This document shows positions 1 through 11,027 of a stretch of DNA of 64,000 nucleotides, one piece after another; the first letter of the stretch is position 1; the number at the start of each line of letters is the position of its first letter. Position numbers and translations under genes: made by a program. This DNA is from a virus (Duplodnaviria > Caudoviricetes): the IMG/VR virus record IMGVR_UViG_3300020050_015887, positions 20,501 through 84,500 of that record; one strand, 5' to 3'. Below the pieces are notes generated by a model. That model saw nothing but the letters and a program-made list of their open reading frames with translations, searched no databases and had not been told where the DNA came from.

Positions 1-11
1 ACGAAAAACTA

Positions 12-383
12 ATGAAAATGGGTGAAGGTAAACCAAAACTTTCTCCACTTAAATTAAAAGCAAAACAATCTGTATTAGAAGACCTAAGTTCACAAGCTTC
101 TAGTAAACTAGCTGATAAACTTAAAGGTTTAAAAAAAGTATCAGTAGCTTCTAATTCCCCAGAAGGTTTAGAAGAAGGTTTAGAAAAAGCTCAAGAGCTA
201 GTAGAATCTAAACCGTTTGAAGGTGAAGAAAGTCCTGAAGAAGAAGCTATGGAACACGCTGAAATGGAAAATGCCATGGATGGTGATTCTGAAGAAGAAT
301 CAGAAGACGACGAACTTAAAATGCTAAACGATAAAGTTGCAATGTTAGAAGCAAAATTAGACCAACTATTAGCCAAGGGGTAA
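12..383 (+). CDS. Acidic hypothetical protein of the virion module (C-terminal coiled coil)
   Basis: E/D-rich centre; ends MLEAKLDQLLAKG; immediately upstream of tail genes. Confidence 0.55.
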   Translation: MKMGEGKPKLSPLKLKAKQSVLEDLSSQASSKLADKLKGLKKVSVASNSPEGLEEGLEKAQELVESKPFEGEESPEEEAMEHAEMENAMDGDSEEESEDDELKMLNDKVAMLEAKLDQLLAKG

Positions 384-386
384 TTT

Positions 387-1637
387 ATGGCCTTCACACC
401 CTGGCTCACTAGTGAAAAACTAATTGAAGCGGTAAAACGCAAGATATCTTTTCCCGTAGATCAAAATACGTTTAGTGAAGATGATATTTTAGCTTTTGCT
501 AATGAAGAAATGCAAATTTCTCAAATTCCTAACGTTATGGAATTTCATGAAGAGTATTTTGTAACTTCAATTGGTATTACACTTGAGCCCAATAAAAGCA
601 GATATGCTATTCCAAATAGAGCAATTGGAATGAAACTTAGGGATGTTATGTATGGTGATGGTAATGTCACAATACAACAACCTTATGGTAATATTTTTGA
701 AATGACCATGATTAATCCTGGTGATAAAGCATACTTTCAAAATACTAATTCTTCATATCCAGGTTTATTAAAATACTACTTGGAAGGTAATAGCATTGTT
801 TTGGTTCCAAGCATTTCAACTAATGCTTCTGGTTTATTGGTTTGTTACTTTTTCCTTCGACCCAATCAACTAGTTCAATCTGAACGTGCTGCTATTATTT
901 CGGGGTTTTCTAAAACCGTAACAATTAATAACGCAACTTTGGCTCCCGGTGACACATTAACTATTTCTAGTGAAAGTTTTACTGCTGTTGCTTCTGGTGC
1001 TGGAGCTAATGAGTTTGAAATTGGAACAACTAACACTCAAACTGCAACAAATTTAGTCGCCTGTTTAAATACTAACGGTATTGTTACAGCAACTAACGGT
1101 TCTCCCGCAACTAATACAGTTAAAGTTGTATATCAAACTAGGTCTTTTGATGTAACGGCTTCCAATACTGTAGCAATTGCAGTTCAGTCTACTATCGGTT
1201 TAGAAAGTGATACAGATATCCCAGCAAACATCACCGATGGTAGTTTAGTAGATGTTTTACAAACTCTCCCTGGTCATAAAACATATTATTATGATGTTTT
1301 AGTTCCAGCGGGCGGTGTTTCTGGTTCAACCTTATCTTTATCTGAGGATGATGTACCAGAAGATTTTCAAATTGGTGATTATATTTGCTCAGAAAACGAA
1401 TGTATTATTCCTCAAATACCACCAGAACTACATACAGGACTTGCAGAACGGGTTTGTGGACGCATTTTAAGTGCAATTGGTGATAGAGAAGGACTACAAG
1501 ACGTTAACGCTAAAATTGAACAAATTAATTCAAAAGAAGGTGCATTAATTGACAATCGTGTAGACGCTTCACCTAAAAAATTGTTTAATAAACGTTCTTT
1601 TATGAGAATGAATAAGAGTAATCAGAGAGTATTCTAA
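387..1637 (+). CDS. Putative head-tail adaptor / tail tubular protein A-like
   Basis: 416 aa; helical N- and C-termini around a beta-rich insert; position before the large tail protein; overlaps next start (TAATG). Confidence 0.55.
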   Translation: MAFTPWLTSEKLIEAVKRKISFPVDQNTFSEDDILAFANEEMQISQIPNVMEFHEEYFVTSIGITLEPNKSRYAIPNRAIGMKLRDVMYGDGNVTIQQPYGNIFEMTMINPGDKAYFQNTNSSYPGLLKYYLEGNSIVLVPSISTNASGLLVCYFFLRPNQLVQSERAAIISGFSKTVTINNATLAPGDTLTISSESFTAVASGAGANEFEIGTTNTQTATNLVACLNTNGIVTATNGSPATNTVKVVYQTRSFDVTASNTVAIAVQSTIGLESDTDIPANITDGSLVDVLQTLPGHKTYYYDVLVPAGGVSGSTLSLSEDDVPEDFQIGDYICSENECIIPQIPPELHTGLAERVCGRILSAIGDREGLQDVNAKIEQINSKEGALIDNRVDASPKKLFNKRSFMRMNKSNQRVF

Positions 1638-4600
1638 TGCCTCAACAAAAAGTCACATTACAATCTACCGGTTTACGTACTTCACCCAACCCATTAACTG
1701 TTGGTCAGGGGGGATTATCCAAAGCTAGTAATGTTATTATCCGTAGAGATAACATCGTAGAACAACGTAGAGGGTTTAAAGTGTATGGTACTGGTATGAC
1801 TTCCCAAGCCAAACAACTATTAGAATACAAAGGAACCCTTTTACGACATTTTGAAGACACTTTACAATACGACACACAGGAATTAAACACCAGTGATGTA
1901 TATGAATTTAATACTTTTGCTGGCAATTTTAGCGAAGTAGATGCTGGGTTAAGAATTAAATCCATTGAATCTAATGGAAATTTTTATTTTACAACTTCTG
2001 ATGGTATTAAAAAAATATCAGCTACTAACGCATCGGATTTTACAGAAGATGCTGGTTATATTATTGACGCTGGCGGAGTTAAAGCCACAAACGGCAGTGC
2101 TAGAATTGCATTAGAGCTTGGTGAAATTACCGGATTTTTACCAGAAGACAGTGCTGTTGCTTATCGTTTAGTTTGGGGAATACGAGACGTTAACAACAAT
2201 ACAATTCTTGGAACACCAAGTGAACGTATTCTTATTTACAATCCTTTAATGGGGTTTTTAATTCCTGATTATATGCGTGTTCTTGGTGTACTAGATAATA
2301 TTACTAATACAGCCACTACCGCTTTTATTAGTGATGACAATTACGTTTCTACATTATCTTTAACGCAAGATGCAACTCCTGTAGATTTACAAACAAATCT
2401 ATTAGCTTTAGCTGAAAAAATTGATGATGACATTTTATACGCTACCGCAGATAGCACTGCACCATTAAACATGGATATGTGTTCTATTGATAGTGCTAGT
2501 TTAGCAACTATTACATTTAGCTCTGGTGATGCTACGCAGTATTTTGATGTAGGAAGTGAAATTGAAATTAATGGGTTTACTAGTACATCACCTTTAAAAA
2601 CTCAATTTAATAACATATTTGTTGTTTCTTCTGTAGTTTCAAGTCAAATTACATTTTTAGTTCCTTCTGCTTCTGAATCTATCTCTTCTACGTCAGTAGA
2701 TGCAACAGCACAAATTGTTTCTAATGAATTTAGAAACAGCATGACTGAAGTGGTATATCAAGGTAGTAATTTTAATTTAAATACGTATGATCTTTCTTCT
2801 CCTGTAAATAATAACGATTTAAAAATTCTTCAAGCTGCCATTGAACAAATTATTGTTTTATTACAAACTGTTCCAGATACAGTTGTTAGTGCTTTAGACA
2901 AAACAACATATGTTGATGAATTACAAATTACAACAACTACTAATGTTATTTTAAATATTAACATACCTGATGCAGTGACAAGCTCACATTTTTTACAGAT
3001 TTATAGAAGTAATACGGCTCAAGCCACTGGAACTACAGTATTAAGTGATTTAGTACCAGATGACGAAATGCAACAAGTATATGAAGCTTTTCCAACCGCA
3101 ACTGAATTAGCAGCACATAGAATGATTGTAGAAGACATCTTAATTGATGATTTTAAAGGTGCCAATCTTTATACAAATCCAAGTAGCGGAGAAGGAATTT
3201 TACAAGCTAATGACGTTCCACCTATTGCTAAAGATATTAATCAATTTAGAAATTCAATTTATTATGCCAACACAAGAACTCGTCAAAGATTAAATTTAAA
3301 TCTTCTCGGTATTCAAAATTTTAAAGCTGGTGAAATTGATGGCATAATTAGTGGTTCTTCTGTTGAAGTTACCACTGGAGAACCTCATGATTTATCTACT
3401 AACGATTTAGTTTATATTAATGGAACAGGAATTGTAGGTTTAGATGAACAAATTTTTCCAGCAACAGTTATTAACACTAGTGCATTTACAGTTCCTTTTA
3501 CTTCAGCCAGTAGTTCAAGCGTTGGTTATTGGACTAATGCAATGGTTTCTGTTGTAAAAGATTCAAGTGCATCTAATTATTTCTTTATTCAAAGTCAAGC
3601 CCAACAAGCAACTATTTCAACAATTGCTGATGTAGCTGACAGTTTAAATGGTGATTATTTTACAATTAGTAGTGCTAATGATAACTATAATTATTATGTT
3701 TGGTATAAAACATCTGGTGGTGCGTTAACAGACCCAGCACCAACTGGTTATACAGGAATTCAAGTTAATGTTGCTACTGGAGCTTCAGCTAATGCTGTTG
3801 CAGAAGCAACTCGTGATGCATTACGTCTTTATCCTCAAAATTTTATAGTAAGTGGTGCAACAAACCAAATTATTGTATTAAATTATGAAGAAGGACGTTC
3901 TACCATTCCTGCTGCACAAACGTCAGGATTTACTATTGCCATTGGACAATATGGTAGAGGTGAATATACGGTAAAAAATGAAGTGGGTTTATCTAACAAC
4001 ATTTCTCCGGCTATTGCAGTAGACGAAACGGCAAGAAGTTTTCAAAACGTAGTAAATTCTAATACATCAGAAACGGTGTATATTTATTATCTATCTGGTT
4101 TAAATGATACGCCCGGAAAAATGTTAGTAGAAGGTAGACAATTATCTTCAGAACAATTTTATATTTTAGCTAATAATGATGAAGTTGGAACATCTTTTGA
4201 CCCAGCTATTACTCCTAATCCCAACAATAGAATTACAAATACTGCTTCTACACCTACAGTAATCACAGCATCTGTCCATAATTTAGTAAGTGGTGATGAT
4301 GTTGTAATAGCTTTTAGCAATAGCGGACCCAATATTAACGGTGTTCACACTGTAACATTTTTAACTAGTACGACTTTTTCTATAGCTGAATCTGTTTCTG
4401 TTGCAGGCACTAGCGGAGTAATGATTAAGGCTAAGTTAGCAATATCATCTAACGATGAAGCCAAAAAGAATAGAATTTATTATTCAAAAGTACAACAACC
4501 GGAAGCAGTTCCTATTGTAAATTATCTAGATGTTGGTAGCAGTGAAAAAAACATCTTAAGGATTTTTCCATTAAGAGATAGTTTATTTGTGTTTAAAGAA

Positions 4601-6655
4601 GATGGTTTATATCGTTTATCGGGTGAAACTTTACCTGTATCTGTGGCTTTATTTGATAGTAGCTGTATTCTTGTTGCTCCAGATAGCATTGGTATTGCCA
4701 ATAACATTATTTATGGTTGGACTACTCAAGGTATTCATTCTGTAACTGAATCTGGTGCTGAAACCATTTCTAGAGATATTGATAATATTATTCTTCCTGT
4801 AGCATCAGCAGAATATCCAAATTTTAGAACAGTAACTTGGGGTGTTGGTTATGATAGCGATAACTCATATACTGTATATACAAACACCGCACCGACAGAT
4901 GAATATGCTTCAATTGCTTATAGGTATAGCAACCTAACACAAAGTTGGACTACCGTAGACAAAGAAACTACTTGTGGTATTATTTTATCATCAGATGACA
5001 AATTTTATATGGGTGCTGGAGATATTAATAATATTGAACAAGAAAGAAAAACGTTTTCTCGTTTTGATTATGCAGATAGAGAATATAATTTAAATTTGGG
5101 TGAAAACGGTTATTTTGATGAAGGTGCTAGTTTATATATTGCTGCATCAGATGATTTATCCGAAGGTGATGTACTGGTACAAGAACAATATGTAACAGTT
5201 TACAACTATAATGCTTTATTAAAAAAATTAGACAATGATAGTGGGGTAGCTCAAGTTGCAATTACTTCTATTAGCACAAGTGCTGTTCCTACTATTACAA
5301 CAACGTATTTTGATTTTCCTTCTGCTTCAGTTAATACAACAACTAATATTATTACAGTAAATAATAATGGATTTGTTGCAAACCAAAAAATTAAATTTGC
5401 AACTACTGGAACATTACCAAGTCCTTTAAATAGTACATCAACATACAGAGTTATTAATCCTTCTACTAATGGGTTTTCTGTTGCTGACGATTTTAATGGT
5501 GCTAGCATTGATATTACTACCCAAGGTTCTGGAACTCACACTGTTTATATTTATAATAATTTAGTTGCTGGCAATTATGTTACCCTATTACAAACTAATT
5601 GTGACCCAGTTATTGATGGTAGTCATAGTGTGACTTCTGTTATAAACGGTTATACTTTTACAATTACATTAGATGAAGCAATTACAACTGCCGGAACATC
5701 TGGACAAGCTAGACTAGATTATTATGAAACTTTACAAATGTCAGGCGGAGAAGAACCTAAAACTCGGTTATTAGAATTAGCAACTAAGCTAGATTCTGAT
5801 CCAGGGTTACGTCAAGCTGTATACTTAGAAGGAATCCAAACTGAATCAGGTACAATAACTTCAATTGCAGCAACTAATCCTGCACAAATTACTACTTCAG
5901 GGCCGCATAATTTGGTTGATGGTAGAATTGTATCTATTACTGGTACCGATTCTACACCAGAAATTGACAATATTTTTGCGGTAACAATTATTAACGCAAG
6001 TGTTTTTAGTGTAGATGCGTCGGTCATTTCAACTGGAACAACAGGTTCATTTTCTACACAAAATTCAAACATTGAAGACATTCAAGCGTGTTTTAATTAT
6101 CTAGTTGATACATTAAACGATGATAGCGGACCAACGTTTAACAACTATGTAAACATCACATATGCAACAAACTTTGAAGTATTAATAACTAACATTAATA
6201 AAAATACAAACATTGTTCAAGTTACTCCAGCAATTAATTTATTAGTTGGACCTATTGTTGGATACGAAGCTATAGAAACAGAAATTATCTACACACCTGA
6301 GACAATGGAAGACCCGCTTAACTTTAAACACATAAGAGAAGCAACCATCATGTTCCTTAATAAAGCGTTTACTAGAGCAACGGCTTACTATTCAACAGAT
6401 CTCTTGCCAGAATTTAAAGAAGTTCCATTTGAAGGTGACGGCAATGGTATTTTTGGAAGCAATACTTTTGGTAGTGGTTACTTTGGTGGTGGTAGTCATG
6501 GTGCTCCTTTTAGAACATATCTACCAAGACAAGCACAACGCAATAGATACATCATTGTACGCTTTAAGCACCGTATAGCCAGAGAGATCTTTGGAATTAC
6601 AGGGGTTACACTCACTGGTCAAACAGGGCTTTCTAGCAGAGCATATAGAGGGTAA
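1637..6655 (+). CDS. Large tail protein (nozzle / tail tubular protein B-like) with inserted beta-sandwich repeats
   Basis: 1672 aa; propeller-like segments (RIYYSKVQQPEAVP, LFVFKEDGLYRLSG); repeated TIT..HNL..G..V.I modules. Confidence 0.65.
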   Translation: MPQQKVTLQSTGLRTSPNPLTVGQGGLSKASNVIIRRDNIVEQRRGFKVYGTGMTSQAKQLLEYKGTLLRHFEDTLQYDTQELNTSDVYEFNTFAGNFSEVDAGLRIKSIESNGNFYFTTSDGIKKISATNASDFTEDAGYIIDAGGVKATNGSARIALELGEITGFLPEDSAVAYRLVWGIRDVNNNTILGTPSERILIYNPLMGFLIPDYMRVLGVLDNITNTATTAFISDDNYVSTLSLTQDATPVDLQTNLLALAEKIDDDILYATADSTAPLNMDMCSIDSASLATITFSSGDATQYFDVGSEIEINGFTSTSPLKTQFNNIFVVSSVVSSQITFLVPSASESISSTSVDATAQIVSNEFRNSMTEVVYQGSNFNLNTYDLSSPVNNNDLKILQAAIEQIIVLLQTVPDTVVSALDKTTYVDELQITTTTNVILNINIPDAVTSSHFLQIYRSNTAQATGTTVLSDLVPDDEMQQVYEAFPTATELAAHRMIVEDILIDDFKGANLYTNPSSGEGILQANDVPPIAKDINQFRNSIYYANTRTRQRLNLNLLGIQNFKAGEIDGIISGSSVEVTTGEPHDLSTNDLVYINGTGIVGLDEQIFPATVINTSAFTVPFTSASSSSVGYWTNAMVSVVKDSSASNYFFIQSQAQQATISTIADVADSLNGDYFTISSANDNYNYYVWYKTSGGALTDPAPTGYTGIQVNVATGASANAVAEATRDALRLYPQNFIVSGATNQIIVLNYEEGRSTIPAAQTSGFTIAIGQYGRGEYTVKNEVGLSNNISPAIAVDETARSFQNVVNSNTSETVYIYYLSGLNDTPGKMLVEGRQLSSEQFYILANNDEVGTSFDPAITPNPNNRITNTASTPTVITASVHNLVSGDDVVIAFSNSGPNINGVHTVTFLTSTTFSIAESVSVAGTSGVMIKAKLAISSNDEAKKNRIYYSKVQQPEAVPIVNYLDVGSSEKNILRIFPLRDSLFVFKEDGLYRLSGETLPVSVALFDSSCILVAPDSIGIANNIIYGWTTQGIHSVTESGAETISRDIDNIILPVASAEYPNFRTVTWGVGYDSDNSYTVYTNTAPTDEYASIAYRYSNLTQSWTTVDKETTCGIILSSDDKFYMGAGDINNIEQERKTFSRFDYADREYNLNLGENGYFDEGASLYIAASDDLSEGDVLVQEQYVTVYNYNALLKKLDNDSGVAQVAITSISTSAVPTITTTYFDFPSASVNTTTNIITVNNNGFVANQKIKFATTGTLPSPLNSTSTYRVINPSTNGFSVADDFNGASIDITTQGSGTHTVYIYNNLVAGNYVTLLQTNCDPVIDGSHSVTSVINGYTFTITLDEAITTAGTSGQARLDYYETLQMSGGEEPKTRLLELATKLDSDPGLRQAVYLEGIQTESGTITSIAATNPAQITTSGPHNLVDGRIVSITGTDSTPEIDNIFAVTIINASVFSVDASVISTGTTGSFSTQNSNIEDIQACFNYLVDTLNDDSGPTFNNYVNITYATNFEVLITNINKNTNIVQVTPAINLLVGPIVGYEAIETEIIYTPETMEDPLNFKHIREATIMFLNKAFTRATAYYSTDLLPEFKEVPFEGDGNGIFGSNTFGSGYFGGGSHGAPFRTYLPRQAQRNRYIIVRFKHRIAREIFGITGVTLTGQTGLSSRAYRG

Positions 6656-6656
6656 T

Positions 6657-7088
6657 ATGAAGCTTCCAACATTTAAAACAATTCGTAAAGAAGATTATCC
6701 TGATAAGATTACAGAAGACGTAAACTTTAAAGGTATTATTGAACGCCTTGGATTTTCTGTTAATAATAGCATTCAAACATTAGTAGAATTAGCAAATAAT
6801 AAAATTTCATTACAAGATAATGTATTGTGTGTTGTTAAAACTATCACGATTCAAGTTGATGCTAATGGTAATCCTTTAAACCAAACTTTAATTGCTTTGG
6901 GTTTTGTTGTACAAAAGGCTATTGGTACTCAAGTTATTAATTATGTAAATAATACAGATAGCAATATTAGACCAACTAGTGGAATTCAATTAGGATTTAC
7001 TCAAATTGGTTCTAACGTTCGAATAGATCACGTTGCAGGATTACAAGCCGGTTACAACTATAGCTTAACTGTTGTTGTATATGGTTAA
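6657..7088 (+). CDS. Small putative virion/tail protein
   Basis: ATG at 6657 just after upstream stop; beta-rich C-terminus ending YSLTVVVYG. Confidence 0.5.
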   Translation: MKLPTFKTIRKEDYPDKITEDVNFKGIIERLGFSVNNSIQTLVELANNKISLQDNVLCVVKTITIQVDANGNPLNQTLIALGFVVQKAIGTQVINYVNNTDSNIRPTSGIQLGFTQIGSNVRIDHVAGLQAGYNYSLTVVVYG

Positions 7089-7136
7089 TTATTATAATTT
7101 TAAGGCTTATTTTAACATTTAATTATAGGCGGTGCT

Positions 7137-8582
7137 ATGACAAATAACAATCAACCTAAAGGAACCGGATTCGTTAACCTTTCCCGGTATTTAGGTGCAA
7201 ATCAAAATAATAAATTGGGTAGTGCAGTATCTAACAACGTTTCTGGGCGTGTTGGGGACGTAAAATCTAATTTAGGTCAGTTAAAAAACGACTTTGCTCA
7301 AAGGGCCGGTGAAAATGCTCTTGGAACGCAGTCTAATGTTGAAGCTCGCACAAAAGCTTTAGAGTCTATTATGGGTGGAAACACCGCGTTAACCCCACAA
7401 ACAGAACAAGATTTTGCTAAATTTAGAACTGGTGCTTATGCTGGTCCTACGGAACTAGATGCAACTAAAACTGCAAGCACTGCGGCTAAAGCCGGACAAG
7501 TAGAACGTGACGTTAAAGGATTAGGAACTGTTGAAGGTCGTGGAAATTTATTACGACAAACAGTTGGTAAACCTGGTTACTCACAAGGTCAACAAAAATT
7601 AGACACGTTGTTATTAGGTCAACAATCTAATGAATTAAATAGTGCTAGACGTGATGCTACAGGCTTAGGTCGTAGTGTAGAAGAAGCTCGTCAAGGTGCG
7701 CAACAAATTGGACAAACACAAATTGCTAAAGCTCAACAATTTGGACGAGACACTCAAGGTGCTTTAAAAACAAATACTGGATCTATTGTTAGTGATTTAG
7801 AAGCCAGAGCCGCTCAAGCTAACCAACAACGTCCTGAAATTTACAATTCATTAGTTAATGCTATTCAACAAGGTGATATTACTCCAGAACAAGCACAGAT
7901 GTTGGGATTAGAAGAAGGTACACAAACATATGGTTTAAATTTTGATCCTTTTGTATCACAAAGTCAAATTGCAGCAGATAAAAGTAATATTGCTGGAGAA
8001 ATAGACAAAGCTAAATTATCTGCGTTGGCTAAATTGTCTGGACAAACTGGCGTTGACGCAATTAACACCGCAGCAGAAGCTTATCGCGGACCTTTAAATG
8101 TTAGAAAAGAAGATTTATTAAAAGGTATTAATGATAGAAAATCTGCTTATGAAGATTTATTAAATAGAGGCGTAGATATTCTTGGACAAGGTGGAGTTGC
8201 CGGAGCACTTAAATCAAATCAAAGACAAAACGGAGAAAGCACAGAAGATTATCTTAATAGAATTATTCAAAACCGTGGTAATGTTGGTGATACATATAAA
8301 AACAGTTCTGGTCAAACCCAACAATTAAATTCATTAAATAATTATTTTAAATCAATACAATCTAATATTGATAATGCTTCAAAAACTAGAGAAAAAGCTC
8401 AAGCTGATTTTGCTCGTTTAGGAAATAATTTTGCAACATCTAAAGGTAATCAAATTTTATATGGTCAACAAGCATTAGACCATATTTTACAAGGTTCATT
8501 ACAACAAGAACAATCATTGAAAAATGAACTAAATCAATTAAAAGCACCTTTAGACCAAGCTTATAATAAGGTATTAAAATAA
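7137..8582 (+). CDS. Putative internal virion (ejection) protein
   Basis: 481 aa, Q/A/G/N-rich helical composition; follows tail genes. Confidence 0.55.
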   Translation: MTNNNQPKGTGFVNLSRYLGANQNNKLGSAVSNNVSGRVGDVKSNLGQLKNDFAQRAGENALGTQSNVEARTKALESIMGGNTALTPQTEQDFAKFRTGAYAGPTELDATKTASTAAKAGQVERDVKGLGTVEGRGNLLRQTVGKPGYSQGQQKLDTLLLGQQSNELNSARRDATGLGRSVEEARQGAQQIGQTQIAKAQQFGRDTQGALKTNTGSIVSDLEARAAQANQQRPEIYNSLVNAIQQGDITPEQAQMLGLEEGTQTYGLNFDPFVSQSQIAADKSNIAGEIDKAKLSALAKLSGQTGVDAINTAAEAYRGPLNVRKEDLLKGINDRKSAYEDLLNRGVDILGQGGVAGALKSNQRQNGESTEDYLNRIIQNRGNVGDTYKNSSGQTQQLNSLNNYFKSIQSNIDNASKTREKAQADFARLGNNFATSKGNQILYGQQALDHILQGSLQQEQSLKNELNQLKAPLDQAYNKVLK

Positions 8583-9550
8583 TGGAACCGATTACAATAG
8601 GAATGGGATTAGCGGGTTTAGCTGGGGATATTTTTGGTTCTATCTTTAGTGCTGATGAACGTGATGCGGCCAATGCTGCGTATCAACAAGCTATTGATCA
8701 AATTAATGCTGTCGGTGCTCCTCCAGAATTAGCTAGAGAAATTATCTTAAAACATTTCGATCAAGCGGGTTTATATACTCCTCAACTTGAAGAAGCTATT
8801 AATCTTGGTGTATCTAAAGTTTCTCAAATACAGGAAGACCAAAAAAGTAAACAAGCACAAGATGAGGCATTACAATTAATTGGTCAACGGGCTCGCACTG
8901 GTTTAACTCCAGAAGATAGATCCGCTTTTAATCAATTACGTAGAGAAACACAACGTGAAGCAGAAGCTAAACGTCAGCAAATTTTACAAAACTTTCAAGC
9001 TCGCGGACAAGCGGGTAGTGGCGCAGAACTAGCTGCACAGCTTTCTTCAGCACAATCTGGTGATGAAAAGCTGGCTGCTGCTGGTGATAATATTTCTGCG
9101 GAAGCTTCACGACGCGCTTTAGAATCATTATCTGCTTATTCTGGTGCTGCAACAAATGCGCGTGGACAAAGTTTCGATATTGATAGAGCTAAAGCCGCCG
9201 CTGAGGATGATTTTAGTAAATTTAATACACAAAATCAAATTTCTAGACAAGCCAGAAATGTTGCTTCTCAAAATGATGCAGCTAAACAAAATCTTAGTGA
9301 AAAACAGCGTATTGCTGATAGTAATGTTAACGTTGATAATACTCAAACCATGAATAGAGTTGCTCAAAAACAGGCGGATTGGGGTAATAAATTAGGTTAT
9401 GCTAAAACACAAAATAACGCTTTAATGTCCAAAGCCGCTCAAGATGAAAAGAATGCTGACCGAATCGCAAGCAACTGGTCTAATGTTGGTGGTGGTATTA
9501 GTGATTTCTTGGGTAAATTTGGAACAGATAAAATTTTGGGTGGTAAATAA
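8582..9550 (+). CDS. Putative DNA ejection/pilot protein
   Basis: Gly-rich hydrophobic N-terminus (MEPITIGMGLAGLAGDIFGSIFS) then A/Q-rich coiled coil. Confidence 0.6.
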   Translation: MEPITIGMGLAGLAGDIFGSIFSADERDAANAAYQQAIDQINAVGAPPELAREIILKHFDQAGLYTPQLEEAINLGVSKVSQIQEDQKSKQAQDEALQLIGQRARTGLTPEDRSAFNQLRRETQREAEAKRQQILQNFQARGQAGSGAELAAQLSSAQSGDEKLAAAGDNISAEASRRALESLSAYSGAATNARGQSFDIDRAKAAAEDDFSKFNTQNQISRQARNVASQNDAAKQNLSEKQRIADSNVNVDNTQTMNRVAQKQADWGNKLGYAKTQNNALMSKAAQDEKNADRIASNWSNVGGGISDFLGKFGTDKILGGK

Positions 9551-9551
9551 T

Positions 9552-11027
9552 ATGAATTTTTATCAAGACATGATTGCAAAATATCCAGATCTTAAAGAAC
9601 AAGTTGACCGTTTAAAAAGATCTAAAGAAGCTGAAATATTAGAACCGACTTCTATGCGTGACATGGAAGATCCAACTGGAAAATTTGCTACTCAATTATC
9701 AGATTCAGAAATGCCTAGCACTTTTGTTGTTGCACCAGAAAGCACACCAAAACGTCCAGATTCAGGGTTTTTACCTGAACAAGCTGGTCCTTCTCGTCCA
9801 AGCCCTATTGCTGATTTTTTAGGAAATAGAGAACAAATTGATTTAAAACCTAGTGAGTTTGCTGGTGCTGGTGACAAAGCTTTAGCACAATTACCACCTA
9901 AACAAGACATTGTTTCTTTAGCAAAGGAAATGGCTTTATCAAAAAAACTACCAGAAGAATCATTTACAGCTAAGCCTGCTATGATGGTTCCACCTTTGAT
10001 TGAACCAAAGGCACAACAACTAGAATTAGACACCAATGACACTTTAGGTACTGTTGAAAATTTAAGAGAAGCTCAAGATAAAGCAAATGAAATTCGCAGT
10101 ATGGCTGGTTATGCACAAGCTTTTGACCGTATTGGTTCTGGTATTGCCGGAAGAAAACCAACAGATCCACAACATTTTAAAGACATGGAAAAAGATGCAG
10201 CATTGCCTGAACAACAATTAGAGGCATTGGTACAACAAGAAAAGAAAGACCCTAAGAGTGGTATTTCTAAAGGGTTTACATCTTATCTTAAACAATTTGG
10301 GGTTGATATTAAGGGCGGAATTTCTGCCGAAGTTGCAGCAACTATGCTTCCTACTATTTATAAGCAATATGAAGACAAGATTAAACTTGCCCATGATGAA
10401 AAAATTAAGGGAATGGAAATTGCTTCTAAAGAAAAAATTGAATCTGAAAAGGGCAATCTTAAAAAATCTATTGCTCAAATTGTTGCAGATAATAAAAAGG
10501 GCGCAAAGGAAAACGAATTTACTAAAACTCGTGAAAGAGAAACAGCTAAGCGATTAACTAAGTGGTCACTTGGTGAAAACAAGATGATTAGATCCGATAT
10601 TGATAAGTTAAAAGAAGTTGAAGCTAAACTAGAAGCAGCAGTTAAACAAGGTAAGGGTAATTATACAGGTCCAATTAAGGGTAATATCCCAGGACAATCT
10701 ATTTTTAATCCTGCCGGTCAAGAATTAGCTAACAGTGTTGGTTCAGTTACTCAAAAGAACTTACGTGAAATTTTGGGCGGCCAGTTTGCACAAAAAGAAG
10801 GTGAGCAACTATTAAAACGTGCATACGAGCCAGGTAAAGATGAAAAATATAACCTAGAACGTATTCGTCAACTAAGAACCGCAATGGAACAAGCCGCCGA
10901 TGCTAAAGACGAACAACTTGCTTACCTAGAAGAACATGAAGGTAACATGAAAGGATTTCGTACTGTGGCCAAAGAAAAAACCATGGACGACGAATTCAAA
11001 GATTTAGGATTTGAAGCTGATGAATAA
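9552..11027 (+). CDS. Putative internal virion protein
   Basis: ATG 9552 preferred over the track start 9444, which overlaps the upstream gene; helical. Confidence 0.5.
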   Translation: MNFYQDMIAKYPDLKEQVDRLKRSKEAEILEPTSMRDMEDPTGKFATQLSDSEMPSTFVVAPESTPKRPDSGFLPEQAGPSRPSPIADFLGNREQIDLKPSEFAGAGDKALAQLPPKQDIVSLAKEMALSKKLPEESFTAKPAMMVPPLIEPKAQQLELDTNDTLGTVENLREAQDKANEIRSMAGYAQAFDRIGSGIAGRKPTDPQHFKDMEKDAALPEQQLEALVQQEKKDPKSGISKGFTSYLKQFGVDIKGGISAEVAATMLPTIYKQYEDKIKLAHDEKIKGMEIASKEKIESEKGNLKKSIAQIVADNKKGAKENEFTKTRERETAKRLTKWSLGENKMIRSDIDKLKEVEAKLEAAVKQGKGNYTGPIKGNIPGQSIFNPAGQELANSVGSVTQKNLREILGGQFAQKEGEQLLKRAYEPGKDEKYNLERIRQLRTAMEQAADAKDEQLAYLEEHEGNMKGFRTVAKEKTMDDEFKDLGFEADE

